DNA of 64,000 bases from NCBI GenBank assembly GCA_016874675.1, contig VGTL01000003.1, positions 11,346 to 75,345 of the forward strand. The letters run 5' to 3'. A program made the translations under genes and the position numbers. The notes beneath the pieces are model-generated. The model ran no database searches and was not told where the DNA came from. It worked only from the letters and a program-made list of their open reading frames with translations. The DNA is from Methanobacteriota archaeon (GTDB lineage: Archaea > Thermoplasmatota > DTKX01 > VGTL01). This document shows, piece by piece, positions 29,422 through 39,980 of the stretch; the stretch's first letter is position 1; every line of letters begins with the position of its first letter.

Positions 29422-30342
29422 ATGGCGCGCCGCAGGTTGAAGGGCAGTGGTGGCGCCCGGGCCGCTGCCGGCCGGCTGCCGCGCCCGTCCGGGGGCGGGC
29501 GCGCCGGTCCGGCGGCCCCGGGGCGGGCACCGGCAGCCGGGCCACCAGTCCTTCGGGCCGGCCACGTCGACGCCGACCGGTTCGAGCGCTCAAAGCGCGT
29601 GGGCTGGTTCGACTTCGAAAGGATACGGAAGGAGAGGGTGCTGGTGGTCGGGGCGGGGGCCCTGGGGAACGAGGTGGTCAAGAACCTCGTGCTCTCGGGC
29701 TACCGCCGGATATCCCTCGTGGACATGGACCGCGTGGTCTACTCGAACCTGAACCGGTGCGTCTTCTTCTCGGAGGAGGACTCCCGCCGGAAGAGGCTCA
29801 AGGCCGAGGTCGTGGCGAGCAAGGCCGGGCTCCTGGACCGCGAGGCCCGGATAGTACCGTACGACCATCGCATAGAGGAGCTCCCGGACGGTTTCTTCGG
29901 CGACCACGACCTCGTGCTCGGCTGCCTCGACAACATCGCCGCCCGGCTCCACATCAACGCCCGCACCTACCCGCGCCTCATTCCGTACGTGGACGGGGCC
30001 ACGCTCGGCACGGTGGGCAAGGTCCAGGTGGTGCTCCCGCCCGAGACGCCCTGCCTGGAGTGCGGGATGAACCGCACCCACATGAAGGTGCTCGAGAAGC
30101 GCTGGAGCTGCACCGGCCGGGACGTGACCTTCTTCGACCCCAAGCTCGCCGCCGAGATAACCACCACGAGCGTCATCGCGGCGGTCCAGGTGCGCGAGGC
30201 CCTCAAGCTGACCAGCCGCCGGCATGAAAGCTGCATCCGGCACATGTTCTACTACGACGCCACGAGGAACGTTTGCGATGTCCTGCAGGTCGACCTGAAC
30301 CCCAGATGCCCCCACCACGGGGCCCCGGAGGCCGTGGAATGA
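29422..30342 (+). CDS. E1-like ubiquitin/SAMP-activating enzyme (ThiF/MoeB/UBA family).
   Basis: Rossmann motif VLVVGAGALGNEVVKNLVLSGYRRISLVDMDRVVYSNLNRCVFF. CxxC zinc motif (ETPCLECG, later RCPHHG). A disordered Gly/Arg-rich N-terminal extension. The stop overlaps the next gene's ATG (ATGA). Confidence 0.75.
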   Translation: MARRRLKGSGGARAAAGRLPRPSGGGRAGPAAPGRAPAAGPPVLRAGHVDADRFERSKRVGWFDFERIRKERVLVVGAGALGNEVVKNLVLSGYRRISLVDMDRVVYSNLNRCVFFSEEDSRRKRLKAEVVASKAGLLDREARIVPYDHRIEELPDGFFGDHDLVLGCLDNIAARLHINARTYPRLIPYVDGATLGTVGKVQVVLPPETPCLECGMNRTHMKVLEKRWSCTGRDVTFFDPKLAAEITTTSVIAAVQVREALKLTSRRHESCIRHMFYYDATRNVCDVLQVDLNPRCPHHGAPEAVE

Positions 30343-33300
30343 AGGGCCGGTTCGACGCGCTCAAGTACGCCAAATCGCTCGAAAAGCAGCTGAGCGCCGA
30401 CCCGCGCAAGAAGAGGCTCCAAGACGACGTCGCCCGGCTCCAGTCCCGGCTCGCCGACGAGGGCAGGAAGGGCGCCGACGTCTCCGGCCTGGAGAGGCTG
30501 CTCTCGGACGCCTCCTCGGCCGTGGAGGGCGGCGACCTCGGCCTGGCCGAGGAGCTCGTCTCCAGGGCGGAGAAGGGGCTATCGGGGCTGGGGGCGCTCT
30601 CTGTCGAGGAGGCCATCGCTCGGGCGCGCCGGGCGGCCGAGGACGTCGGGATGCTGGGCCTCGACAACGTCCGGGCGCTGGAGCTGATAGGGCAGGCGGA
30701 GGACGCCATCCGAAAGAAAGACCACAGGTCCGCCCGGAAGCTGGCCGTCGCATCGCAAAAGGAGGCGGAAACGGCCCTGGAGGGATCGGTCCAGGACGCC
30801 CTGCCCTATGCCGAGGGCCTCGTCTCGGAGTGCGAGAGGTGCGGGATGGACGTATCGGGACTGCGGGGGAGGCTCTCCGCCGTCCGGGAGCTTTTGGGAA
30901 AGCGGGAGTACAACGCCGCCCTGCAGGAGTGCACCACGCTCGTCGAGGACATCGAGCCCGCCCGGAAGTCCTTCTTCCGCGAGCGCCTCGCCCGGGCGGG
31001 CGAATCCGTCGAGCGCGCCCGGGAGGGGGGCCGGGATGTCTCCGCGCTCGAGGGCTCCCTGGCCCGCGCCCGCAGGCTGCTCGACCTCAAGGACTTCGAG
31101 GGGGCCTGCGAGGCCCTCGGAGAGGTCGAGGCGGCCACAGGCGCGGCGGCGGCCCCGGCCGGCCCGCCGGGACCCGGCCCGGAGGCCCCCCCGGACGAGG
31201 TGGAGGAGGCCTCCGGGGTGCTCTCGGAGCTCAGGTCGGCCATCGCGGCCGGGACCAAGATGGGTCTTGACCTCAAGGCCGAAACGGCCAGGGTGCCCGA
31301 GGTCGAGGGCCTGTTGAAGGCCGGTGACGGCCGGGGCGCCGCCGCCGTCGGGCGGCAGGTGCTGGCGAAGGTGCGCGAGCGCCAGAAGGCCCTCTCCGGG
31401 AGCGCCATAGCGTCGCTCGAGGATGAGGTGGCCCGGCTCCGCAAGGGGGGCGCCTCGGTGGCCCCCGCGCAGAAGGTCCTCGAGCAGGCCTCCGAGAGGC
31501 TGCGGGCCGGCTCCCACGAGGAGGCGTTCGCCCTGGCCCGCCGGGCGGTCGACGAGCTCGACGCCCTCCGGGAAGGGATGGCCGGCTACGCGGAGGCGAT
31601 GTCCCGGTGCAAGGGCCTGCTCAAGGACGCCGCTGGGAGCCGGCTGGACTGCACGCTCGCCGAGCCCCTGGTCGAGGAGGCCCGGGCGGCCGCGGCCCGG
31701 GGCGAGTACCTCGCCGCTGCCGGGAAGCTCGCCGAGGCCCTCGGGTTGCTCGAGGACGCGATGGCCGGCCGGGCCGCCGGCGGCCTCCGGCGGGCGCTGG
31801 AGCTGGTCTCCCGCGCCGACGAGGAGGGGACGGACCTCGAGGACGTCGAGAGGCTGGCGCTCGACGGGCTGGCATTCGAGGAATCCGGGGAGGGCGGGCG
31901 GCTGGGCGAGGTGGCCGCCACCATCGAGCGGCTGGCGGGCTCGCGGGCCCGCTCATCGATGATGGCCCGGGACGCCCTCGACCGGGCCGGCGAGACGATG
32001 GCCGAGGCGATGATGGAGATGCTGGACGTCTCCGACGAGACCCGCAAGGTGGGGCTGGCCGGGGAGGCCCTGCAGAGGGGGGAGTACGAGGACGCCCGGT
32101 TCCTCGCGGAGGACGTCGCCCCGGCCCTCCGCCAGCGGTGCCGCGAGGCCCTGGACCAGTCCATATCGAAGGCGGCCTCGATGGTGGAGGAGCTGGGCCA
32201 GTCCGGGGCCGAGATGCCCCGGGCGCGGGAGTACCTCCGCAGGTCGCGCGAGCTCGCCGAGTGCGGCCGTTTCGGGCTGGGGCACTCCTACGCGCTGCAG
32301 GCGGTCCAGGAGGCCCGCGCGGTCGGCGACCGCTTCCGGGAGGCCCAGGACGCCCGCGCCGCCGTGGAGGCCATGCTCGAGAGCGCGACGGCGCTGGGGG
32401 TGCCCCGGGAGGATTTGGAGGCCGCCCTGTCGGAGGTCAGCTCGGCCATCGAGGTTCGCGCCTACGAGAGGGCAGTGGCGGCCGGGGCGGCCGGACTGGA
32501 GCGGGGCGAGGAGCGCTTCGCCCGGGAGGCCCGCGCCCTGGAGGCGGGCCTCTCCGAGCTCCTGTCGTCGCTTCGCAAGCTGCCCATCGATGGCTCGGCC
32601 GGGGCGGCGGCCCTCAAGGCCGCCCGGGGCCACCTGGGGAAGGCGGAGCACGCCGAGGCCATATCGGCGCTCAGGGGGCCGACCGAGAGCCTGTCGAGGG
32701 CGAGGCGGCAGTACGAGGATTCAGCGGCCGCGCTGGAGGCTGCGCTGGCGCGTCTGTCGGAGGCCGAGGGATACGGCCTGGACGTCTCCGAGATCAGGCC
32801 TGACCTCGAGGCCGCCTCCCGTGCCCATTCCTCCGGCGCCTACGACGAGGGATTCCGGCTTGCGCGCACCGCCCTGGAGCTGGGGGAGCACCTGATCTCC
32901 GAGAGGGCCGCGCAGGCGATGGGGGAGCTCCGGGACCTCCTGGAGTCCACCGAGCGGGCCGGCACCGTCCTCGACGACCTGCACGAGCGCGTCGGGGCGC
33001 TCTCCGGGTGCTTCTCGTCCAAGGCGTTCGGGGGGCTCTTCAAGGAGGCGGTGGCCATACGCGCCGAGATAGGGAGGCGCCGGGCGCGCCACTCCGAGGC
33101 GGTCACGGCCATCCAGGGCATCCAGGCCGCCATCGAGGAGGTCAAGGCGATGGGCGCGGACCTCAGCCCGACCGAGGACCTCCTGGGATTGGCGCGGTTC
33201 GCCTCCGAGCGGGGCTCCTATGACGATGTGCTGGACTACTCCCGGCGGGCGCAGTCGGAGCTCACCGCCGCCGCCGGATCGAGCGTGGACAGGCAGCGGG

Positions 33301-36300
33301 AGGCCCTCGCCGCGCGCATCGCCAGGCACGCCGGCGAGGGTGTGGAGCTTCGGGCCTGCCGGAACGCTCTTTTGGCCAACCCCGGCCTGCTTCCCGACGG
33401 CGGCTTCCGGGCCGTCCTGGCCGACCTCAAACGCATCGAGACCGACATGGAGGTGCGCCGGGACCAGCACCGCAACACCCAGAAGGTCCTGGCGGCAGCC
33501 GAGTCCCGCCTGACCGAGGCCGGGAGCCTGGGGGTCAACACCGCCGATGCCTCCCGGCTCCTCGAGTCGGCAAGGGGGGCCTCTTCGGCCGGCGACTACC
33601 CCAAGGCGGTGGAGCTCGCCGAGCAAGCGCGCGACATCGCCGCCCGCAGCACCGAGAGCCACCAGCAGACCATGGGCGCGATGGAGCTCGCCCGCGCCCA
33701 CCTGCGCGACGCCGAATCGATGGGGGCCGACATCGCCCGTGCCCGGGAGCTCCTGGAGCGGGCGGCCGCGATGTTCGCGGCGCGCAACTACGACGACGCC
33801 ATGGCCCTGGTGGTCGAGAGCGAGACCGATATCCTCCACTCGCAGGAGACGCTGGTGGGGGACACGATGGATCTTGCCCGCTCTACGCTGGATGAGGCCC
33901 AGAAGATCGGCGCCGACACGAACGGCGCCATGGAGCTCCTCGGGCGCGCCGAGAGCGCCAGGCAGGCGCGCGACTTCGGGCCGGCCTTTGCCCTGGCCCG
34001 GGAATCCTACGAGAGCGCCCAGGAGGAGCGTTCCCGCCACAGCACGGCCCTGGGGGCCCTCAGCGAGATCCAGGAGATGGTACAGAAGGCGCAGGCCGAG
34101 GGGGTGCGGGTGGAGCGCCTGGTGAAGGAGCTCGAGCACGCCCGGGAGGCCCTGCAGAGATTCGACTACGAGGGCTGCACCGGCACCGCCGAGCGGGTCC
34201 GGATGCAGGCGGAGGAGTGCATCGGCGCCGCCACGCAGGCCCGGCGGGCGCTGGAGCGCTGCGAGGCCGCCCTCCGCACGGCCACCGAGATGGCTGCCCA
34301 GACCAACGAGGGCGAGGGGCTGCTTCTCCGCTGCCGGGAGCAGTACCAGGCCGGCGAGTACCGCGCCGCCCTCTCCACCGCCGGGACCTGCCACGAGCGC
34401 CTGGCCGCCGCCCAGCACCGCCAGGTCTGGGGCGAGCTCGGCCAGCTGGTCCTCGAGCTAGACGACGCGGAGGATGCGGGGGCCGAGCTCTCGGCGGCGT
34501 GGGGGCTGGCCGAGGAGGCGGGGCTCGCGCTCGCCGGCGGGGACTTCCCCAGCGCGCTCCTGAGGACCCGGGCCGCCCGGACGAGGCTCGCCGAGGCCAC
34601 CCACGCGTTCGAGGGCATCTCCAGCGTCATGCTCGCCAGCCGCCTGATAGTGGACGAGGCGCGCTTCATGGAGGCCGACGTCGCGGTGGCCTCGGACCTC
34701 TCCGCCGGTGCCCAGAGCGAGCTTCGGGCGGGCAACTACCACGGCACCCAGGAGCTGGCGCTCCAGGCGGCGGAGGAGGCCACCCGCAACCAGAGGAGCC
34801 TCCTCAACCAGCTCATCTCGACGGCCGACCGGGCCGTGTCGGAGGCGGCGGGGTGGGGCATCAGGTCGCGCCTTGCGGTCGACCGGCTGGCGCGCTCCCG
34901 GACGGCGATGGAGTTCCAGGACTTCAAGGGGGCCCGCGACCTCCTCGAGGAGTGCGACGACGCGCTGGCGCAGGCGATAACCGACCACAAGGGCGTCTCG
35001 GACAGGATGGCCCAGCTCACCGAGTCCCTCGTGAGGGCCGAGGCGCTCGGCCTGGACCCAGCCCCCGTGCGGAAGGGGGCCGCCGAGGCCGAGACGCTGG
35101 CGGCCCGGGGCGAGTACTCCCGGGCGCTGGAGGCGCTGGGCGACCTGTCCCGGGAGCTGGCCGCGGCCGAGCGCACGCTGGTGTCGGACCGCCTGGAGCA
35201 ATCCCGATTGGCCCTGGAGGAGGCCCTCGCCCAAGGCGTGTTCATCGCCGATGCCGCCCGGGCCATTGAAGGGGCGAGGGGGGCCCTGGAGTCGGGGCAG
35301 TTCCAGTCCGCCCTGGAGCTTGCCGCGGAGGCATCGCGCACGGTGGAGAACAACCGCCAGGAGCACCGGCGGGTCACGGCGATCGTGATGGAGCTCTCCT
35401 CCGAAATCGAGTGCGGCAAGGAGCTGGGTGTGGGGGTCCCCGACTCGCCTGCCGTCCTCTCCGGCGCCCGGGAGCTCCTCTCCCGCGGGGAGTTCGCCCA
35501 GGCCGAGGAGCAGGCGCGCCGGGGCCGCGCCGCCGTGGCGAGCGCCCTCACCGGGGCGATGCAGGGCAACCTCTCCGCGCTGGAGGAGGAGCTGCGCGAG
35601 GCCGAGCGACAGGGCGTTAGGTCGGCGGTGGCCGCCGGGCTCCTGAAGGGGGCCGACCGGGACCTCCGCTCCAGATCCTACTCGGAGATGATCGGCCACA
35701 TCGAGGAGGCGCGCCGGGAGCTCGCCGCGGCCCGCCGGGCCCGTGAGCAGATCCAGCGGACGCTCGAGTCCATGGGCGAGAGGCTGAAGGAGACGGAGGC
35801 GCTGGGCGCCGACGGCGAGGCGGCCTCGGCGCTCGTGGGCCGCGCGATGGAGGTCTCCTCGGAGGGCGACTACGCCCAGGCCCTGGAGCTCCTGGGGGAG
35901 GCCGATCTTGCCGTCGAGGCCGCCCAGCGCGTCCGGGTGGAGGAGGCGCTCTCGGGGGCCTCGGCGCTCGTCGAGGAGGGCGACGCCATCGGCGCGGACA
36001 CGCGCGCCGCCCACAAGGCGCTCGCCGGCGCGAGGAAGGCCCTGGAGGGGAGGGACTACCGGGGGACCTCCGGGCTCGCCCGGGAGGCCCTCGAGGAGGC
36101 CGAGCGGCGGGTCGGGGAGCACCGGCGCAGCATCGAGACTGTGGCCGTATCGGAGAAGACGCTGGCGGACGCCGAGTCCGAGGGGCTGAACGTGGAGCGG
36201 CTGCGCCGCGTGCTGGAGGAGGCACGCCGCAGCCTGCGCAAGCACGACTACCCGGCGGTGGCGGAGGCGGCCGCCCGGATCGACCGGGAGGTCGGGACCC

Positions 36301-39300
36301 TCCTGCGCCAGTCCAGCGAGGCCCGGCGGCTGATAGGCTTCTGCGAGCGCAAAATCGACTCGGCGCGCCATATCGGCGCCGATGTCTCATCGGCGGAGGC
36401 CCTCCTGGCCGAGGCCCGGGCCGCCACGGAGAAGCGGGTCTTCGTGAAGGCCTTCGAGCTCGCCACCCAGTGCCTGCGGCAGATAGACAGCATGCAGCAC
36501 GCCGTCGTGCTGGGGTACCTCACCGACAGCGAGCTCCAGCTCGCCGAGATGGAGGAGGCGGGGGCCGACATCGCCGAGGCCCAGGAACTGATAGAGATCG
36601 CCATCGAGGCCCTCAACGAGAGCGAGTTCGAAAAATCCATGGAGCTCGGCCGCCAGGCGGTCGAGACCGCCCGGGGCAAGATGTCCCAGCACGAGCTGGC
36701 CGCCGAGAGGGTCCGGGAGCTCGAGCGCAAGATGAAGGACGCCACGGAGCTGGGCGGGGACCTGCGCTCCATCGAGAGGCTGCACTCCGAGGCCCGCTCG
36801 GCGCTCCAGTCCCACGACCACGCCCGCCTGGAGGCGATCGCCGGCGAGGCGCTGGAGGCGATGGTCGGCTCCCTCCACGAGCTGGTGGCCACCCGGACCG
36901 CCGAGGCCTCGGCGGTCATCTCGGGCGTCGAGGAGATAGGCGCGGCCGTGGCCAGGGCGCGCGACCGCCTGCTGCGGTCCCGGCGGGCGCTCGAGTGCGA
37001 CGACTTCAAGACGGCCCTCAACCTGCTTGAGGAATCCCAGAGCGCCGCGGGCGCCGCCCGGCTCAGGCACGCCGAGACTCTCGAGGGCGTCAAGGGGCTC
37101 CAGAACATGGCCCGGGAGGCCTCCGAGCTGGGGCTGGACGTGTCGCGGGCCCGGTGGGCGCTGGCCGAGGTGGACGAGGCCATCGACGAGGGCCAGTACG
37201 ACCAGGCCGACCGCATAATCTCCGAAACGCGCGCCGAGCTGGAGAAGGGCTACCTCAGCCACGCCGAGCAGGCGCTCGCCCGGACGGAGGAGGCGCTGGT
37301 CAAGACCCGGGAGCTGGGGGCGGACGTCGGGGCCGAGGTGAAGGCCCTGGCCGAGCTGCGCGTCATCTTCTCGCAGGGACGCTACCAGACGGTGATGAAG
37401 TCGTGCCGGGAATGCCGGCGCAGGCTGGACGAGAGGCTCAACGAGCACATCGCCGGGATCATCCTCCGGGCCGAGAACCTCATAAACGAGGCGGGGAAGG
37501 TGGGGGTGGACGCCCGGGAGTACCGGGAGACCCTGGAGCGCTCCGAGGAGACCGTCAGCGAGGGCGACTACGAGGCGGCCCTCCGTTTGGCCAGCGAGGC
37601 CATCGACCGGACCCGGGCGCTCCTGCGCAGCTCCATATCGGGAACGATATCGACCCTGGGGGGGCTGATAGAGGAGTCGCGCCGCATCGGGGCCGACGTC
37701 CGGGAGGTGGAGGAGTACTCCCGGCAGGCGCTCTCGGCCCTGCAGAAGGACGAGTACGAGCTCGCCCACGACCACGCCCTCTCGGGCATCGCGGCGGTGG
37801 ACCGCGTCCGGGAGGAGTTCATCGTCCGCCGCAGGCAGGAGGTCGAGCGCAAGATCTCCGAGGCCGAGGCGATGGGGGCCCAGGTGGAGGACTTCCGCCG
37901 CTCGACGGCCAAGGCCCAGGAGTTCCTGGAGAGGGCGGACTTCGAGAAGGCCGCCCTGCTGCTTCAGGAGACGGAGGAGAACACCCTCAAGCGGCAGTCG
38001 CGCGTGGCCGAGGAGAGCATCCGCCGGGCCGAGGAGCAGCTCGCCAAGGTGAAGATGGACATAGACCTGGCCCGGGCCCGCTCGCTCCTCGACGAGGCGC
38101 GCAGCGCCCTGGGATACGGGGAGTTCGAGGAGGCGGTGGACTACTCGGTGCAGTGCGTGGAGGAGACGAACCGCGTCCAGGCCCAGTTCGTCGAGGAGGT
38201 GATCGGCACCACGGAGGAGACCATCGCCGCGGCCGCCCAGATGGGCGCCGACACCCAGAAGGCGCGCGAGCTCCTCGACTACTCGCGCGCCGACCGGGAG
38301 GCGGGCAACTTCGACGCCGCCCTGGCGAAGGCTGTGCAGGGGGCGGAGGAGGCCGAGCAGGCCCAGTACGACTTCGTGCGCGGGCCCATCGAGCACATCC
38401 GCCGGGTGATGAAGGAGGCCCGGCTCTCCGACGACAGGATAAAGCGGCTGATGGCGGCGGCCGAGGGGCACCTCGAGAAGAAGGAGTACCAGGAGGCCCG
38501 CCGGGAGGTCATGCGCGCCATGGACCTCACCGGGGAGATCCAGGAGAAGCTCGCCCGCAAGGAGATAATGGACTCCGAGGAGGTCGTGGCCGGGGTCGAG
38601 AAGGCGGGGGCGGTCTCGCCCGTCGCCCGCAACCTGCTCCGGAGCGCCCTGACCGCCATCAACGCCCGCGACTTCGAAAAGGCCATGAAGTTCTCCCGCG
38701 AGTGCTCCGTTCAGGCCATGAAGACGCGCGACGAGTTCGCCTCCGCCCAGAGGGCCCAGACTGCGGCGGAGGCCGAGATCGCCACCCTGAACGAGCTGGG
38801 CCTCATGACCGAGGAGACGGGGGACCTTCGGGACCTCTCGAGGTCCGGGTTCTCCTCCGGCGATTACATGAAGTCGAAAGAGTACTCCGCCCAGGTGGTC
38901 CACAAGGCGGAGTCGCTCTACTTCAAGGCGGCCGGAGAGGCCCTCTCCTCGTCCCAGTTCAAGATAAACTACGCCAGAAACATCGGGGCGGACGTCAGCA
39001 CGGCCGAGAGCCTGCTTCGCGACGCGAAGGCCGCAAACGAGTCCCGGGACTTCCGCCGCACCCTCGAGCTCGCCCGGCGCTGCCGAGAGGAGGCCGAGAG
39101 GGCCAAGGAGCGCTACAAGGAGCTCGTGGACACCATCTACTCCGCCGAGTCGAAGATATCGGTCGCCCACACCTACGGCCTGGACACCTCCGCCGCCGAG
39201 CGGCTGCTCTCGATGGCGGTGGCCCAGAAGTCGAAAAACGGCGAGGAGGCCCTCGATTTCGCCCGCCAGAGCATGGAGGAGGTCCAGCGGGCCCTCGAGA

Positions 39301-39824
39301 GGTTCACCCCCGACATCAAGGTCGAGATAAAGCTCGAGGGGGTGCTCCAGAAGGAGCGGTGGAGCCAGGCCTCCCTGACCATCTCGAACACCGGGAAGGC
39401 GACGGCCAAGGACATCTCCGTGCGCTTCAGCGGCGACCTCGAGGTGCAGGGCGGCGAGCGCGTGAGCGTTCTGCGCGGCGGGGAGAGCCGGAGGCAGTCC
39501 GTGCGGGTCCGGCCCTCGAAGGGCGGGGACCTGCCCCTGGGAACGAGCGTGGTGAGCTTGAGGGAGTTCGACGACAAGGAGTTCCGGTCACAGGAGACGC
39601 GCTGGATCCGCGTGGAGGACGCCACACCCCTGGCGACGCCCCTCAACCAGTTCGTCACCAAGTCCGTGAGGTGCCATATCTGCCTGGGCACGATAAAGTC
39701 CGGGCTGCCCCTCGTGCGGTGCGAGTGCGGCAAGACCTACCACGAGACCTGCGCCTCGCGCGTGGGGGAGTGTCCCAACTGCGGGCGGGACCTGCATAAC
39801 GTCGGCCCGGGCGGGGGGGGCTGA
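30339..39824 (+). CDS. Giant (3161 aa) alpha-helical repeat protein: about 40 tandem copies of a 65-75-aa unit, a beta-rich domain, then a C-terminal C4HC3 RING-variant/PHD-like zinc finger. Candidate E3-like scaffold.
   Basis: Repeat core G-[AV]-D-[VT]-x3-A-x2-LL-x2-A-x2-A-x4-[DE]-[YF]-x2-A-x2-LA, for example GADVSRARELLERAAAMFAARNYDDAMALV. C-terminus CHICLGTIKSGLPLVRCECGKTYHETCASRVGECPNCG fits C-x2-C-x12-C-x-C-x4-H-x2-C-x6-C-x2-C. Translationally coupled to the E1 gene. Confidence 0.7.
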   Translation: MKGRFDALKYAKSLEKQLSADPRKKRLQDDVARLQSRLADEGRKGADVSGLERLLSDASSAVEGGDLGLAEELVSRAEKGLSGLGALSVEEAIARARRAAEDVGMLGLDNVRALELIGQAEDAIRKKDHRSARKLAVASQKEAETALEGSVQDALPYAEGLVSECERCGMDVSGLRGRLSAVRELLGKREYNAALQECTTLVEDIEPARKSFFRERLARAGESVERAREGGRDVSALEGSLARARRLLDLKDFEGACEALGEVEAATGAAAAPAGPPGPGPEAPPDEVEEASGVLSELRSAIAAGTKMGLDLKAETARVPEVEGLLKAGDGRGAAAVGRQVLAKVRERQKALSGSAIASLEDEVARLRKGGASVAPAQKVLEQASERLRAGSHEEAFALARRAVDELDALREGMAGYAEAMSRCKGLLKDAAGSRLDCTLAEPLVEEARAAAARGEYLAAAGKLAEALGLLEDAMAGRAAGGLRRALELVSRADEEGTDLEDVERLALDGLAFEESGEGGRLGEVAATIERLAGSRARSSMMARDALDRAGETMAEAMMEMLDVSDETRKVGLAGEALQRGEYEDARFLAEDVAPALRQRCREALDQSISKAASMVEELGQSGAEMPRAREYLRRSRELAECGRFGLGHSYALQAVQEARAVGDRFREAQDARAAVEAMLESATALGVPREDLEAALSEVSSAIEVRAYERAVAAGAAGLERGEERFAREARALEAGLSELLSSLRKLPIDGSAGAAALKAARGHLGKAEHAEAISALRGPTESLSRARRQYEDSAAALEAALARLSEAEGYGLDVSEIRPDLEAASRAHSSGAYDEGFRLARTALELGEHLISERAAQAMGELRDLLESTERAGTVLDDLHERVGALSGCFSSKAFGGLFKEAVAIRAEIGRRRARHSEAVTAIQGIQAAIEEVKAMGADLSPTEDLLGLARFASERGSYDDVLDYSRRAQSELTAAAGSSVDRQREALAARIARHAGEGVELRACRNALLANPGLLPDGGFRAVLADLKRIETDMEVRRDQHRNTQKVLAAAESRLTEAGSLGVNTADASRLLESARGASSAGDYPKAVELAEQARDIAARSTESHQQTMGAMELARAHLRDAESMGADIARARELLERAAAMFAARNYDDAMALVVESETDILHSQETLVGDTMDLARSTLDEAQKIGADTNGAMELLGRAESARQARDFGPAFALARESYESAQEERSRHSTALGALSEIQEMVQKAQAEGVRVERLVKELEHAREALQRFDYEGCTGTAERVRMQAEECIGAATQARRALERCEAALRTATEMAAQTNEGEGLLLRCREQYQAGEYRAALSTAGTCHERLAAAQHRQVWGELGQLVLELDDAEDAGAELSAAWGLAEEAGLALAGGDFPSALLRTRAARTRLAEATHAFEGISSVMLASRLIVDEARFMEADVAVASDLSAGAQSELRAGNYHGTQELALQAAEEATRNQRSLLNQLISTADRAVSEAAGWGIRSRLAVDRLARSRTAMEFQDFKGARDLLEECDDALAQAITDHKGVSDRMAQLTESLVRAEALGLDPAPVRKGAAEAETLAARGEYSRALEALGDLSRELAAAERTLVSDRLEQSRLALEEALAQGVFIADAARAIEGARGALESGQFQSALELAAEASRTVENNRQEHRRVTAIVMELSSEIECGKELGVGVPDSPAVLSGARELLSRGEFAQAEEQARRGRAAVASALTGAMQGNLSALEEELREAERQGVRSAVAAGLLKGADRDLRSRSYSEMIGHIEEARRELAAARRAREQIQRTLESMGERLKETEALGADGEAASALVGRAMEVSSEGDYAQALELLGEADLAVEAAQRVRVEEALSGASALVEEGDAIGADTRAAHKALAGARKALEGRDYRGTSGLAREALEEAERRVGEHRRSIETVAVSEKTLADAESEGLNVERLRRVLEEARRSLRKHDYPAVAEAAARIDREVGTLLRQSSEARRLIGFCERKIDSARHIGADVSSAEALLAEARAATEKRVFVKAFELATQCLRQIDSMQHAVVLGYLTDSELQLAEMEEAGADIAEAQELIEIAIEALNESEFEKSMELGRQAVETARGKMSQHELAAERVRELERKMKDATELGGDLRSIERLHSEARSALQSHDHARLEAIAGEALEAMVGSLHELVATRTAEASAVISGVEEIGAAVARARDRLLRSRRALECDDFKTALNLLEESQSAAGAARLRHAETLEGVKGLQNMAREASELGLDVSRARWALAEVDEAIDEGQYDQADRIISETRAELEKGYLSHAEQALARTEEALVKTRELGADVGAEVKALAELRVIFSQGRYQTVMKSCRECRRRLDERLNEHIAGIILRAENLINEAGKVGVDAREYRETLERSEETVSEGDYEAALRLASEAIDRTRALLRSSISGTISTLGGLIEESRRIGADVREVEEYSRQALSALQKDEYELAHDHALSGIAAVDRVREEFIVRRRQEVERKISEAEAMGAQVEDFRRSTAKAQEFLERADFEKAALLLQETEENTLKRQSRVAEESIRRAEEQLAKVKMDIDLARARSLLDEARSALGYGEFEEAVDYSVQCVEETNRVQAQFVEEVIGTTEETIAAAAQMGADTQKARELLDYSRADREAGNFDAALAKAVQGAEEAEQAQYDFVRGPIEHIRRVMKEARLSDDRIKRLMAAAEGHLEKKEYQEARREVMRAMDLTGEIQEKLARKEIMDSEEVVAGVEKAGAVSPVARNLLRSALTAINARDFEKAMKFSRECSVQAMKTRDEFASAQRAQTAAEAEIATLNELGLMTEETGDLRDLSRSGFSSGDYMKSKEYSAQVVHKAESLYFKAAGEALSSSQFKINYARNIGADVSTAESLLRDAKAANESRDFRRTLELARRCREEAERAKERYKELVDTIYSAESKISVAHTYGLDTSAAERLLSMAVAQKSKNGEEALDFARQSMEEVQRALERFTPDIKVEIKLEGVLQKERWSQASLTISNTGKATAKDISVRFSGDLEVQGGERVSVLRGGESRRQSVRVRPSKGGDLPLGTSVVSLREFDDKEFRSQETRWIRVEDATPLATPLNQFVTKSVRCHICLGTIKSGLPLVRCECGKTYHETCASRVGECPNCGRDLHNVGPGGGG

Positions 39825-39864
39825 GGGAATGCGGGCACGGGGCGGAGCGAGGGGGCCGAGCCGC

Positions 39865-39905
39865 TACATGCCAGGGACAAAAAGTAAATATAAGGAAATG
39901 CGAAT
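39865..39905 (+). promoter_or_regulatory. AT-rich promoter-like element upstream of the Ub-like gene.
   Basis: caaaaagtaaatataaggaaatgcgaatatgg, a TATA-like taaatataagg in GC-rich context. An aggggt RBS-like sequence precedes the ATG at 39981. Confidence 0.4.
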
Positions 39906-39980
39906 ATGGTTGCCGTAAAGGGTACAAAGCGGAGGTTTTGACGGACTACGGCCTTGCTCGGCTGCGGGAAAGGGGTATTG

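Noticed and set aside
34458-36371. 637-aa minus-strand ORF and other long ORFs antisense to the giant repeat protein.
   Set aside because: Low-complexity shadow ORFs. The plus-strand 9.5-kb frame is uninterrupted and has coherent repeat structure.
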